A model generated the notes under the pieces. It was not told where the DNA came from. It saw only the letters and a program-made list of their open reading frames with translations, and did no database searches. The position numbers and the translations under genes were made by a program. From Myxococcota bacterium (GTDB lineage Bacteria > Myxococcota > UBA4151), in assembly GCA_036338695.1 (NCBI GenBank), contig JAYZBQ010000057.1, positions 1 through 40,269 of the forward strand: a DNA stretch of 40,269 bases, written 5' to 3'. Below, one piece after another: positions 30,339 to 39,524 of this stretch. Each line of letters begins with the position of its first letter. The first letter of the stretch is position 1.

Positions 30339-30411
30339 CACTGTTCCTTTGCCTCAATTCGATTTAGAGCCAGCCCGTTATGCCATACCCGACTTGCTAG
30401 GAGACCTTGCC

Positions 30412-30858
30412 CTGTTCAGTTGCACCCTGCTCGCCACGCTCACGCTACTCGCCTCTCCGGCGGCTGAGAAGATGCCTACCGCAATCCACTACGGCAAGCC
30501 GTTCGCTGTGGTTAATCCAATTGCGCTGAGTGAGTTGCCCAAGCTGGCGAAAGAGAAGATCGGCACCAAGGTGCAAGTGATCGGACCGGTCAACAAAGTC
30601 TGCAACAAAAAGGGCTGCTGGATGAGCCTCAAGGACGGGGACGCGCAGGTTCGCATCAGCTTCAAAGATTACACCTTCTTCATGCCGACCAGCTTGGCGT
30701 CGGGTACGATCGTCGTGCTCAAGGGTGTCCTCGAGAGCGTCAAGCTGAGTGAAGCTCAGGTCGCTCACCTCGAGAAAGAAGGCGCCAAAGTGCCGGCGAG
30801 CGGTGAAGAGCTCAAGCTCGTCGCTGACGGCGCTGAGGTCCGCTACACCGACCGCTAA
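30412..30858 (+). CDS. DUF4920 family exported protein
   Basis: VCNKKGCWM and RISFKDYTFFMP motifs, N-terminal signal peptide. Start uncertain: CTG 30412 after AGGAG, or TTG 30394. Confidence 0.8.
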   Translation: MFSCTLLATLTLLASPAAEKMPTAIHYGKPFAVVNPIALSELPKLAKEKIGTKVQVIGPVNKVCNKKGCWMSLKDGDAQVRISFKDYTFFMPTSLASGTIVVLKGVLESVKLSEAQVAHLEKEGAKVPASGEELKLVADGAEVRYTDR

Positions 30859-30864
30859 CGCTTG

Positions 30865-31608
30865 ATGATGAGCCGCTCAGGTCGACGGACCCAAGGCATC
30901 CTAGGCGTCTTGCTGGCGCTGACACTCGTCGTGTTTTTACTCGGCTTAGTGAGCACCGCAGGCGGCCTCCTGCGCGGGCAGTGGTACATCGCCCTAGGTA
31001 GCCTCGGGGTGACCATCTTGATCGGCGTGATGGCGGGGATGATCCGCTTGTGGATGCGCGCCGCTGCGCTGGCGAGCCAGCAGAATCTGCTCAAGCGATC
31101 GGAGGAGCTCTCGCTCTCCGATGTTTTTGCCAAAGCGCACAACGAGGAGCGTCAAGCGGAGCGCGGCAACCTCGAGCTGTGGATGGAGTCGCTGGCGCCC
31201 AAAAAGAGGCGCAAGCTGTTGGTCTCCAAACTAGAGGATACGACCCTTGCGGCGGAGGCGCTGCGCATCGCAACGGCGATTGGGATGACCGCCTATGTCG
31301 CTGAGCGAGCCGTGAAACAAGGGATCCTGTCGCTCGTCGCTGAGGCGCTCCGGGAGCAGCACGCCAACCCACACTGGGAGCATGCCTTCGATTTCGACGA
31401 GCTCTGCGCGCTGGCGCTGGCTCACGACGCGACCAATGAGGCCGAGCTCGCAGAGGCGATCCGCTTGTTCGTGGCCGACACCAAACCCGAGCACCGAGTC
31501 GACGTACTCGCAGCGACCCTTCCCGAGGACCTGCTTGCGGGGAGCATCGTCGCCTATGCGGCGCCGGGTGAACTGATCGAACTGCTCGAGCGCAGCAAAG
31601 TCAACTAA
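30865..31608 (+). CDS. Hypothetical membrane protein (two N-terminal TM helices, helical soluble domain)
   Basis: Two hydrophobic segments; tightly packed between flanking + strand genes. Confidence 0.7.
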   Translation: MMSRSGRRTQGILGVLLALTLVVFLLGLVSTAGGLLRGQWYIALGSLGVTILIGVMAGMIRLWMRAAALASQQNLLKRSEELSLSDVFAKAHNEERQAERGNLELWMESLAPKKRRKLLVSKLEDTTLAAEALRIATAIGMTAYVAERAVKQGILSLVAEALREQHANPHWEHAFDFDELCALALAHDATNEAELAEAIRLFVADTKPEHRVDVLAATLPEDLLAGSIVAYAAPGELIELLERSKVN

Positions 31609-31624
31609 GCGAAGGGGAGTCGTT

Positions 31625-32659
31625 GTGGACAACAGAGCGCGTCATCAAGCGGTCCTAATCACCGGCGCGAACGGCGAGATGGGCCATGGGCTCATCCAAG
31701 CGCTTGCGCGCCAGAACGTCGACCTCGTCGCTGTCGATCTACACCCCTTGGACCCGTCGCTGCGGTCGATGGTGCGAGCGCATCAAGCCGGCGATATCCT
31801 CGATACGCAGCTGATGCAGCGTCTGGTCAGTCAATATGAGGTGACGACCATCTTTCACTTGGCTGCGCTGCTGTCGACACGCGCCGAGTTTAGCCCAGAG
31901 ATCGCTCACCGAGTCAACGTGACGGGGACGCTCGAGCTCTTGCGCCTCGCACATCAGCAGAGCACCTGGTCGGGCGTGCGGACGAAGTTTATCTTCCCGT
32001 CGTCCATCGCAGCCTACGGCGTCGCCGGTAAGAAGGACTCGCTCGATGCCCTCAAAGAGCACGAGTACACACAGCCGACGACTATGTACGGCTGCAACAA
32101 AGTGTATTGTGAGCACCTAGGGCGCTACTTCGCCGAGTACTATCAGCAGCTCGCAGCCGAGCCGAGCAAGGGCGGCGTCGACTTTCGCTGTATTCGTTTC
32201 CCCGGGCTGATCTCGGCCGACACGGTACCTAGCGGTGGGACCTCTGACTTCGGACCTGAGATGATCCACGCGGCGGCGCAAGGGCAGCCCTATGCCTGCT
32301 TTGTGCGCCCAGACACGACCATCCCGTTTATGGCGATGCCCGACGGCGTCCAAGCGCTCCTTGACCTGTACGCTGCCCCCGAAGAGGCGCTGTCTCAACG
32401 CGTGTACAACATCAACGCCTTCTCGTGCTCTGCGCAGGACTTCTGCGATGAGGTGCACAAACATTTTGAGGCGCCGCAGGTCAGCTTTGTCCCGCACCTC
32501 AAACGCCAAGCCATCGTCGACTCGTGGCCGGCAGCGGTCAACGATGCGCCCGCCCGTCGAGACTGGGGATTTTCGCCCCAATACGACCTCCAGACCGCCT
32601 TCAATGACTACCTCGTTCCCAGGATCTCGGCTCGTTACCGCGCAGATGGGGGCAGATAG
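31625..32659 (+). CDS. tdh: NAD-dependent epimerase/dehydratase, SDR-type L-threonine 3-dehydrogenase-like
   Basis: ITGANGEMG, HLAALLS, PSSIAAYG, PTTMYGCNK (YxxxK), RFPGLIS, GGTSDF, RQAIVDSWP and ARRDWG are typical of the GalE-like ThrDH family. Confidence 0.75.
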   Translation: MDNRARHQAVLITGANGEMGHGLIQALARQNVDLVAVDLHPLDPSLRSMVRAHQAGDILDTQLMQRLVSQYEVTTIFHLAALLSTRAEFSPEIAHRVNVTGTLELLRLAHQQSTWSGVRTKFIFPSSIAAYGVAGKKDSLDALKEHEYTQPTTMYGCNKVYCEHLGRYFAEYYQQLAAEPSKGGVDFRCIRFPGLISADTVPSGGTSDFGPEMIHAAAQGQPYACFVRPDTTIPFMAMPDGVQALLDLYAAPEEALSQRVYNINAFSCSAQDFCDEVHKHFEAPQVSFVPHLKRQAIVDSWPAAVNDAPARRDWGFSPQYDLQTAFNDYLVPRISARYRADGGR

Positions 32660-32735
32660 CCCGCGACCGGTCTGGATCAATGATCGCCTTCTGACGTATC
32701 CCCTTCCGAGACCCCAGTGGGCTCCGGAGTACACG

Positions 32736-33845
32736 ATGCGCGCCAAAATCTCCTTCCTCACCTGCCTCGCCCTGATCGCCTGCGGGCCGCCCACGACACC
32801 GAGTGGCGGTGGTGGCGGCGGTGGAGGAGGAGGCGGGGCGGCGACGCTGGAAGGTGCCGTCGATCAAATCATGGAGGCGCGCTGCAACATCCCCCGAAAC
32901 TGCGACACGGCGAAGATGGCGCTGATGCGCCAATTCCTGTTTGAGCTCGCTGGTGATGAGTCGGTCTATCTATTCGGTGACCCCGCCGTCTGTCTGCAGC
33001 GCTCCGCAGCCTCCGCGCGCGCCGAGCTGCAGGCCCTGACCGACGCCGGGCGAGTGACCGTCGAGCTCAGTCGAGCAGGCGCCTGCGCACGCGCCATCGC
33101 CGCATCATGCGACCTCAGCAGCGACTACCCCGCCGAGTGTGACTCGTTCTTGGTACCCAATCAGGACGTCGGGCAGGCATGCGGCGCCGACCAAGAGTGC
33201 GTCACCGGCGCGTGCTCAGCAGAAGCTGGGCAGTGCGGCGAGTGCATCAACTTGAGCGGCTCCGGCGAGCCATGCAGCCGTCAGCAGCCCTGCGCCGAGG
33301 GCTTGCAGTGCGACGTCGAACTTGAAACTTGTCAGCAGGCGACGCCTGCGGTCGGGACAGGGCAAGCCTGCGAGTCGAGCTTTGACTCCGGTACCCTTGG
33401 AGGGAACTGCGCCAACCCGAATGACCTGTGCATCAACGAGGTCTGTACCACCGTCCAGCTCGCAGCCCCGGGGCAAGCCTGCGGCGAGACCAATCAAAAG
33501 CTCTGCGCGGTCGGCTCGGTCTGCATCAATGATCTGTGCGTGAGCGAAGCGGCCGAGGTGGGCGCAACGTGCGCGGTACCCGATGGTGACGATGAGATGC
33601 GGCGCAGCGCGCTCTGCCCGCTCGATGCGCGCTGTGACACGCTCACCGCAAGCTGTGTTGCGCTGAGCGCAGAGGGTGCGTCCTGTTCGGGCGACGCCCA
33701 GTGCACCAACGGGAGCTACTGCTCGGGTGGCGTCTGCTCGCCCAAAGAGGCGCTGGAGCAGGACTGTGACGAGGACTCCGAATGCGCCTCGGACACCTGC
33801 AGTGACGGGCTGTGCGTCGAGGCGGTCGCGCTCAGTTGCGATTGA
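32736..33845 (+). CDS. Cysteine-rich lipoprotein with poly-Gly tether
   Basis: GGAG SD, ATG 32736, LALIAC lipobox, ten-Gly run, GxxCxxDxxC repeats. Confidence 0.85.
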   Translation: MRAKISFLTCLALIACGPPTTPSGGGGGGGGGGGAATLEGAVDQIMEARCNIPRNCDTAKMALMRQFLFELAGDESVYLFGDPAVCLQRSAASARAELQALTDAGRVTVELSRAGACARAIAASCDLSSDYPAECDSFLVPNQDVGQACGADQECVTGACSAEAGQCGECINLSGSGEPCSRQQPCAEGLQCDVELETCQQATPAVGTGQACESSFDSGTLGGNCANPNDLCINEVCTTVQLAAPGQACGETNQKLCAVGSVCINDLCVSEAAEVGATCAVPDGDDEMRRSALCPLDARCDTLTASCVALSAEGASCSGDAQCTNGSYCSGGVCSPKEALEQDCDEDSECASDTCSDGLCVEAVALSCD

Positions 33846-33897
33846 GGTACCCCCGCTTCAGGATCAAACCGACCCTGTCGATGGTGCGCTCTGTGCG

Positions 33898-34515
33898 CTA
33901 GGGCATACACGTCCCACCGCCTGCGCAGTCTCGGGTGCACATCCAGCCACCTTCTGAGCAGCTGCAGCGGCTCGGACTGCATCCACCCTCCTGACGCACA
34001 CAGCGCTGACCCGCAGGGCAACCATACTGAGTGCACCCGCTCGGCGCCGCGACGCCATTGCACAGCGCGCCGCTTGCGACGCAGCGACCGCCGCTGCAGT
34101 CGCGCGTGCAGCCCCACTGGTTCTCGTCCGTACACTCGCATTGAGACGGTGCGCAGACCGTCCGGTCACACGTAAACCCATGCCCGCAGTCAACGTCTCT
34201 CATGCAGCCTTGAGGGTTTGGCGACAGACAACGACCGTCAGCCGCGTCCGGCGTCGGCGCCGATGCATCCAGCACAGCAGCCGCGTCAAGCACGCCGCCA
34301 GCGTCCCGTGGCGTGGCTGCCGCGTCCACACGCGCCGCTGCATCCCTTGGCGTCGTTGCGTCCGCTGCATGACCCGTATCCTGCGCCTCTTGAGCGCCTG
34401 AATCCATGCTCGAGTCCGGTGCGCTCGAGGCGTCGGACCACGCGCCGTCAACGGGCGCGGTCTGGCAACCGAGCGCCAGCGCCACAGCGAGGGTCAGCCC
34501 ACCGACCCTGGACAT
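33898..34515 (-). CDS. Cysteine-rich lipoprotein with DA-rich linker
   Basis: ATG 34515 overlaps the upstream TGA; ALALGC lipobox; two C-terminal repeats of PxGC...CxPSxCxC...WxCTRDC. Confidence 0.75.
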   Translation of the reverse strand: MSRVGGLTLAVALALGCQTAPVDGAWSDASSAPDSSMDSGAQEAQDTGHAADATTPRDAAARVDAAATPRDAGGVLDAAAVLDASAPTPDAADGRCLSPNPQGCMRDVDCGHGFTCDRTVCAPSQCECTDENQWGCTRDCSGGRCVASGALCNGVAAPSGCTQYGCPAGQRCVRQEGGCSPSRCSCSEGGWMCTRDCAGGGTCMP

Positions 34516-35393
34516 CAGTCGTCGACGCACCACGACTCGCGGCAGCGCTGCTCGCCTGGGCAGTGCCGATCGATCTGACATCGGTTCATGCAGCGCTCAA
34601 GCACCGGGTGGCACTGCTCACGCCCGCCGCACTCGTGATGGGTCTCGCACCAACCTGGCGCGGTGCAGCGGCGGTGAATGCGGTTGCAGATCAAGTCTTC
34701 GGGGCAATCGCGATCCGTACCGCATGAGTTCGCAGCGTCGTAGCAACGCCCTGTCGCCTGGTTACAGAGCTGCTCGGTCGAGCAGTCACGATCGGAGACA
34801 CAGGCGAACTCTTCCGCGCACAGACCGGTTTGAGGATCACAGCCCATACCGGCCGGGCAGGTACCGCCGGGTCCGCAGCGCAAGCCATCCTCGGCTGGAC
34901 CGCAGTACGGGAAATCCGAGATGCGCCGGTTCTGCTTACACACCGTACCGTTCGGGCAGACGCTGTCGTCTGAGTCCATTTGGCACTCAGCGAGGCACAG
35001 GCCGACATGCGCGCAACGGGTCTGCTCAGGGCAGTCTTGGTCACGCTCACAGGTCTCCACGCAGACACCGCTTTGGGTCGAGCAGACGGCGCCGTCATGG
35101 CAATCTGCCGAGGAGGCACAGCCGTGGAACAGCGCTCGGCACTCTCCGCTGCGGCAGACGTCGCCCTCGGGGCAGTCGTCGTTGTTCTCACAGTCGGGCG
35201 GATCGGACGGCGGCACTTGAGTCGGCCCGGCGTCTTGATCGACGACGCCACCGCCTGCGCCCGCATCCTGCGCCGCGCTCACCTCACCGGCGTCGTTACC
35301 CTGCCGCGGGGCCAGCCCGTCAGGTCCAAGCTCCGGTGAGTCCGGGTTGACCGCGCAACCAACCAACAACATGGCTAAAGCCAGAAATCGCAT
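34515..35393 (-). CDS. Cysteine-rich repeat lipoprotein
   Basis: MRFLALAMLLVGC lipobox, DAG linker, CxxDxDCPxxxxC repeats; GGGAG SD. Confidence 0.85.
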   Translation of the reverse strand: MRFLALAMLLVGCAVNPDSPELGPDGLAPRQGNDAGEVSAAQDAGAGGGVVDQDAGPTQVPPSDPPDCENNDDCPEGDVCRSGECRALFHGCASSADCHDGAVCSTQSGVCVETCERDQDCPEQTRCAHVGLCLAECQMDSDDSVCPNGTVCKQNRRISDFPYCGPAEDGLRCGPGGTCPAGMGCDPQTGLCAEEFACVSDRDCSTEQLCNQATGRCYDAANSCGTDRDCPEDLICNRIHRRCTAPGWCETHHECGGREQCHPVLERCMNRCQIDRHCPGEQRCRESWCVDD

Positions 35394-35463
35394 GGATCAA
35401 AGCTCCCTCGCCGCCATCATGCCAGGTCTTTGGTGATGCGCAATCGGTCGCGCCGAATTTCGG

Positions 35464-37539
35464 TCAGTACGCAACCACCCGACGGACCGCCTCAGCGATC
35501 TGCGCCTCGGAGAGCATCCGAGCGTTCTCGAGGATGCGGCTGAAGGCGACGGGCGCCTCTTTGGAGGTCACGCGCGTCACCGGCGCATCGAGCCAGTCAA
35601 AGCCTTGCTGTGCGACAAACGCTGCGATCTCGCCGGCGTAGGTCCCAAAGGGGCTGTCCTCGCTCGCCACAATCACGCGCCCGGTCTTGCGGACCGTTGC
35701 GAGCACCGCCTCCTCGTCGAAGGGCTTGAGCGAGCGCAGATCGAGCACCTCGACATCGATCCCCTCGTCGATCAACTTCTTCGCTGCCCTGAGCGCAAAG
35801 TGAACGGGGGTCCCATACGTGATGATCGAGACGTCCTTGCCCTCACGCCGCAGCCGCGCCTTGCCGAAGGGGATGGCGTAGCCGTCATCACAGCTCGGAC
35901 CTTGCGCAAAGAGCTGATTGTACAGAAATTTGGGCTCGAGGAAGAAGTTGAGTCCGCGGCTGCGCAGGCAGGTCCGCAGGAGACCTGCGGCGTCATCCGC
36001 AAAGGCGGGCATGACGATCCGCACGCCTGGCAGGGCCGAGAACAGCCCCTCGACGGTCTGGCTGTGATAGAGCCCGCCGCCAATGTAGGCGCACGATGCG
36101 AGACGACACGTGATCGCAGGCGACCACGCGCCGTTGGAGCGGTAGTAATCGTGGCTCGTCTCGACGATCTGCTCCATCGCAGGCCAGACGTAGTCAGCAA
36201 ACTGAGCCGCCTCGATGACGACATGAATGTCGTCCTTATAACGACAGATGCCGTTGGCTGTCCCGACGATAAAGTCCTCGGCGATCGGTGCGTTTCGGAC
36301 GCGGGCACCACCAAACTCTTGCAGCATCCCTTTGGTCACATTGAAGACGCCGCCCTTATCCTCGGAGGCGCAGTCTTGACCCCAGAGGAAGGTATCCGGG
36401 TTGCGGCGAAACTCGACCTTTAAGGTCTCGTTGATCGCCTCGCGCAGCTTCCACGTGTCATCACCGAGATGATCCGGGCTGTCGGACCCCGGCAGCCACA
36501 CCTGAGGCGGCGTCACAAAGTCGAGCACCGTCTCTGGATCAGGGGTGGCGGCTGCCTCGCCGCGCGTCTGCGCGTCCTTGAGCTCCTCCTCGACCTCCGC
36601 CTCGAGCGCCTTGAGGGTTCGCTCGGCGACGCCAGCGGCGCGCACCTGGGCGCGCAGCTTGGGCAGAGGATCTTGGCTGGCGAGCTCGTCGATCTCTTCG
36701 TCGCTGCGGTACAGCGTGTGCCGATCCGAGTTGGAGTGGGCGTGGATACGGACACACTCGCCCTCGATCAGCGCAGGCCCCGCGCCCGAGCGGATGTACT
36801 CAAGGCACTTGTTCACGCCGTGAAAGCAGGACTCAGCGTCCGTGCCATCCACGTGCTCAATGTGCAGATTCTTAATGCCGCTGAAGTTCTCGCTGATCCG
36901 CTCATGGTTCGCAGTCGAGCTGCTGAGCGGGACCGAGATCCCATAGTGGTTGTTCTGGATCACAAAGAGCACGGGCAGCTGCTCGTTGGCGGCGCCATTG
37001 ATCGCCTCAAAGACATAACCCTCTGAGGTGGCCGAATCGCCTGTGCTTGCGATCGCAATCGCCGTGTCCTCGACCGGCTCTCCCGCCTGCTCTCGGTAGT
37101 ATTTGATCGCACGTGCGACCCCAACGGCGTGCAGGTAGTGGTTCCCCGTGCACGAGCTGACGTTCTGGATCCCGATCTCCGGTTTGCCGAAGTGGTTCGA
37201 CATGTGCCGCCCGCCGCTGCAAGGGTCGTCCGCTCGGCTCAGACCGTTGAGCATCAGCTCGTAAAGGCTCATGCCCGCGGCGTAAGAGCTCAGCGTGTCG
37301 CGATAGTAACCAAACATGAAGTCTTTGTTCGGCCGAAAAGCCAGCCCGACCTGAAGCTGAATACCGTCATGCCCAGCGAAGGCGGCGTGATAGCCCCAGC
37401 CCATACCTTTGCGGATGTATTTGACCGCCTCGTCATCGAGCCTACGCGCCGCAAGCGTGGTGCGATACCAGTGTTTCCACTGGTCTTTCGTGATTGATGC
37501 GCGTTTGGCGCGACCTTTTGATTTTGCTTTGGTTGCCAT
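35464..37539 (-). CDS. 2-oxoacid (probably branched-chain) dehydrogenase E1, fused alpha+beta subunits
   Basis: YYRD, GGRHMSNH, TPP motif GDSATSEG...NN, HSNSD; beta half GQD...GGVF, PIAE, QFADY, GGLYHSQ, EPK, DLRSL. AAGGA SD before ATG 37539. Confidence 0.92.
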   Translation of the reverse strand: MATKAKSKGRAKRASITKDQWKHWYRTTLAARRLDDEAVKYIRKGMGWGYHAAFAGHDGIQLQVGLAFRPNKDFMFGYYRDTLSSYAAGMSLYELMLNGLSRADDPCSGGRHMSNHFGKPEIGIQNVSSCTGNHYLHAVGVARAIKYYREQAGEPVEDTAIAIASTGDSATSEGYVFEAINGAANEQLPVLFVIQNNHYGISVPLSSSTANHERISENFSGIKNLHIEHVDGTDAESCFHGVNKCLEYIRSGAGPALIEGECVRIHAHSNSDRHTLYRSDEEIDELASQDPLPKLRAQVRAAGVAERTLKALEAEVEEELKDAQTRGEAAATPDPETVLDFVTPPQVWLPGSDSPDHLGDDTWKLREAINETLKVEFRRNPDTFLWGQDCASEDKGGVFNVTKGMLQEFGGARVRNAPIAEDFIVGTANGICRYKDDIHVVIEAAQFADYVWPAMEQIVETSHDYYRSNGAWSPAITCRLASCAYIGGGLYHSQTVEGLFSALPGVRIVMPAFADDAAGLLRTCLRSRGLNFFLEPKFLYNQLFAQGPSCDDGYAIPFGKARLRREGKDVSIITYGTPVHFALRAAKKLIDEGIDVEVLDLRSLKPFDEEAVLATVRKTGRVIVASEDSPFGTYAGEIAAFVAQQGFDWLDAPVTRVTSKEAPVAFSRILENARMLSEAQIAEAVRRVVAY

Positions 37540-37692
37540 GGGCTGTCCTTGCGTTGTCGGGGGCCTCCTAACCGAAACATGACGAGGACTCAACGAGGCA
37601 AGCGCTTCCCGCTTGATGCGCCTCGTCGCGCAGCGCGCTACGCACCGCGAACAAATCATGGCGCCGTGTCGATTAAGCGCTCGGAGGAACCG

Positions 37693-38964
37693 TTGACCGT
37701 CACGCTGCACCTCGGCTCGTTTCTGCACGCGCCAAAGGGCCACTCGGAGGGAAAGAGCGACGCGGCGCTCGCCGTCAAGGCAGGCCGGATCCTCGCGTTT
37801 GACGACGCCTCGCGGCTACGACAGCGCTTTCCGCAAGCCAACGTGATCCAACACCCGGGCTTGATCGTGCCAGGGTTCGTCGACGCGCACGTGCATTTTC
37901 CTCAGCTCGCCATGGCGGGTGCGCACGGCGAGAGCCTCTTGGACTGGCTGGATCGCTACACCTTTCCCGCTGAGCTCGGTTACAGCGATGTATCCTACGC
38001 GACCGCACGCGCCGGTCAGTTCGTCAGCATGCTCCGGCGCGCAGGCACCACCAGCGCGCTCGTCTTTGGCGTCTCCTTCGAGCCCGCCGTGCGTGCGCTG
38101 TTCGAGGCGATGCGCCAAGAGCGTATGGCCGGCGCATCCGGGGTGGTCTGGATGGATCGCGAAGGGCCTGAGCCGCTCTTGCAAGGCGCGAGCGCATGCT
38201 ACGACTCGAGCCTTCGTTTATTAAATGAATTTGGTAACTCTGGCGCACTTCGCTACGCCGTGCTTCCTCGCTTTGCGCCGAGCTGTTCGGGCGAGATGCT
38301 CGAGGCTGCGGGCGCGCTCCTGCGCGACCACCCGGACACCCTCATGCAGACCCACCTGAGCGAGTCGCGCGACGAGGTCGAGTGGGTGCGCCGCCTGTTC
38401 CCCGAGCACGCAAGCTACACCGAGGTGTACCACCATTTTGGCTTGTGCACCGCCCAGAGCAGCTTTGCGCATGGGATCCACCTGAGCGCCGAAGAGCTCA
38501 AGCTGCTCAGCACCACGGGCTCGCGTCTCGTTCACTGCCCGAGCGCCAACCTTTTCCTCGGCAGCGGGCTGTTCAGCTACGACCGCGCACGCTCGAGCGG
38601 GGTCCCTACTGCGCTGGGCTCGGACGTAGGCGCCGGCACCTCGCTGTGCCTGCTCGACGTCATCCGCGACGTCTACAGCGTCCAGATGACCCAAGGCACC
38701 CGCCCCTCGGTCGGCGAGCTCCTCTACATGGCGACCCAGGCTGGAGCCGAGCTGTTAGGGCTCGGAGACGACGCAGGAAGTTTTGCGGTCGGCAAACGCG
38801 CTGACTTCGTGGTGTTGCGACCGATCTGGGATGACCTCTTCGCTGCGCGCTGGGCTCAGTGCGAGTCCATGGAGGACCAATTTTTCGCCGCCGCTCTGTT
38901 GGGGGGCACCAGCGCCATCGCCTCAACGACCATCGCTGGGCGCACCACAATTCACCCGGGCTAG
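37693..38964 (+). CDS. guaD: Guanine deaminase
   Basis: PGFVDAHVHFPQ, LLDWLDRYTFPAE, PRFAPSCS, QTHLSE, HCPSANLFLGSG, GSDVGAGT. GGAGG SD before TTG 37693. Confidence 0.93.
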   Translation: MTVTLHLGSFLHAPKGHSEGKSDAALAVKAGRILAFDDASRLRQRFPQANVIQHPGLIVPGFVDAHVHFPQLAMAGAHGESLLDWLDRYTFPAELGYSDVSYATARAGQFVSMLRRAGTTSALVFGVSFEPAVRALFEAMRQERMAGASGVVWMDREGPEPLLQGASACYDSSLRLLNEFGNSGALRYAVLPRFAPSCSGEMLEAAGALLRDHPDTLMQTHLSESRDEVEWVRRLFPEHASYTEVYHHFGLCTAQSSFAHGIHLSAEELKLLSTTGSRLVHCPSANLFLGSGLFSYDRARSSGVPTALGSDVGAGTSLCLLDVIRDVYSVQMTQGTRPSVGELLYMATQAGAELLGLGDDAGSFAVGKRADFVVLRPIWDDLFAARWAQCESMEDQFFAAALLGGTSAIASTTIAGRTTIHPG

Positions 38965-39001
38965 ATGGCAAGGTATCGTGAGGCAGTCTAAAGTGCGAAT
39001 C

Positions 39002-39502
39002 ATGAGACAGACCGACCGATTATCCCATAGACTGTGGGCGCCCCTTATGCTGGTGGCGCTCGCCGGCTGCGGCCCGCAGTCGAAGCACCCGAGCGGGACC
39101 TGCCGCGGCAGCGCTGGGATCCTCGAGCTAGACGCCGGGGTAACCTCAGGCAACGGCGAGCCCTCAGACGCAGGGTCTGCTCCAGCCACCACGATCTGTG
39201 ACCTCCACGAGCAGGGCGTATTCTCCATGTGCAGCAGCTGCCACGGTGACGCCGGCGGGCTGACGATCGATCACAGCTCAGCGCAATCCCTTTACGACTC
39301 CCTCGTCGGCGTCGCTGGGGCCTCGGGGATTGACCTGGTGACGTCAGGTGACAGCGCCTCGAGCTGGCTGTGGATTCGGCTCAAAGCGCTCCACGGCGAG
39401 CCACCGATGCCCCCCTCAGGCGTCCTGAGCGCCGAGACGCTGGCGCCTGTCGCCCAATGGATCGACGCAGACTCACTCGACGCTTGCCTTTCATCCGACT
39501 AA
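39002..39502 (+). CDS. Monoheme c-type cytochrome lipoprotein (copy 1)
   Basis: LAGC lipobox, CSSCH heme motif, distal MPP, late WI motif (planctomycete cytochrome C-like layout). Confidence 0.8.
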   Translation: MRQTDRLSHRLWAPLMLVALAGCGPQSKHPSGTCRGSAGILELDAGVTSGNGEPSDAGSAPATTICDLHEQGVFSMCSSCHGDAGGLTIDHSSAQSLYDSLVGVAGASGIDLVTSGDSASSWLWIRLKALHGEPPMPPSGVLSAETLAPVAQWIDADSLDACLSSD

Positions 39503-39524
39503 ACTAACCCGCACGGAGATCGTC

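Noticed and set aside
35410..35460. Sigma54 promoter upstream of the Cys-rich lipoprotein pair
   Set aside because: GG-to-GC spacing is 11 nt rather than the required 10; a weak sigma70-like TTGCGC-N16-CATGAT is possible but not well supported.
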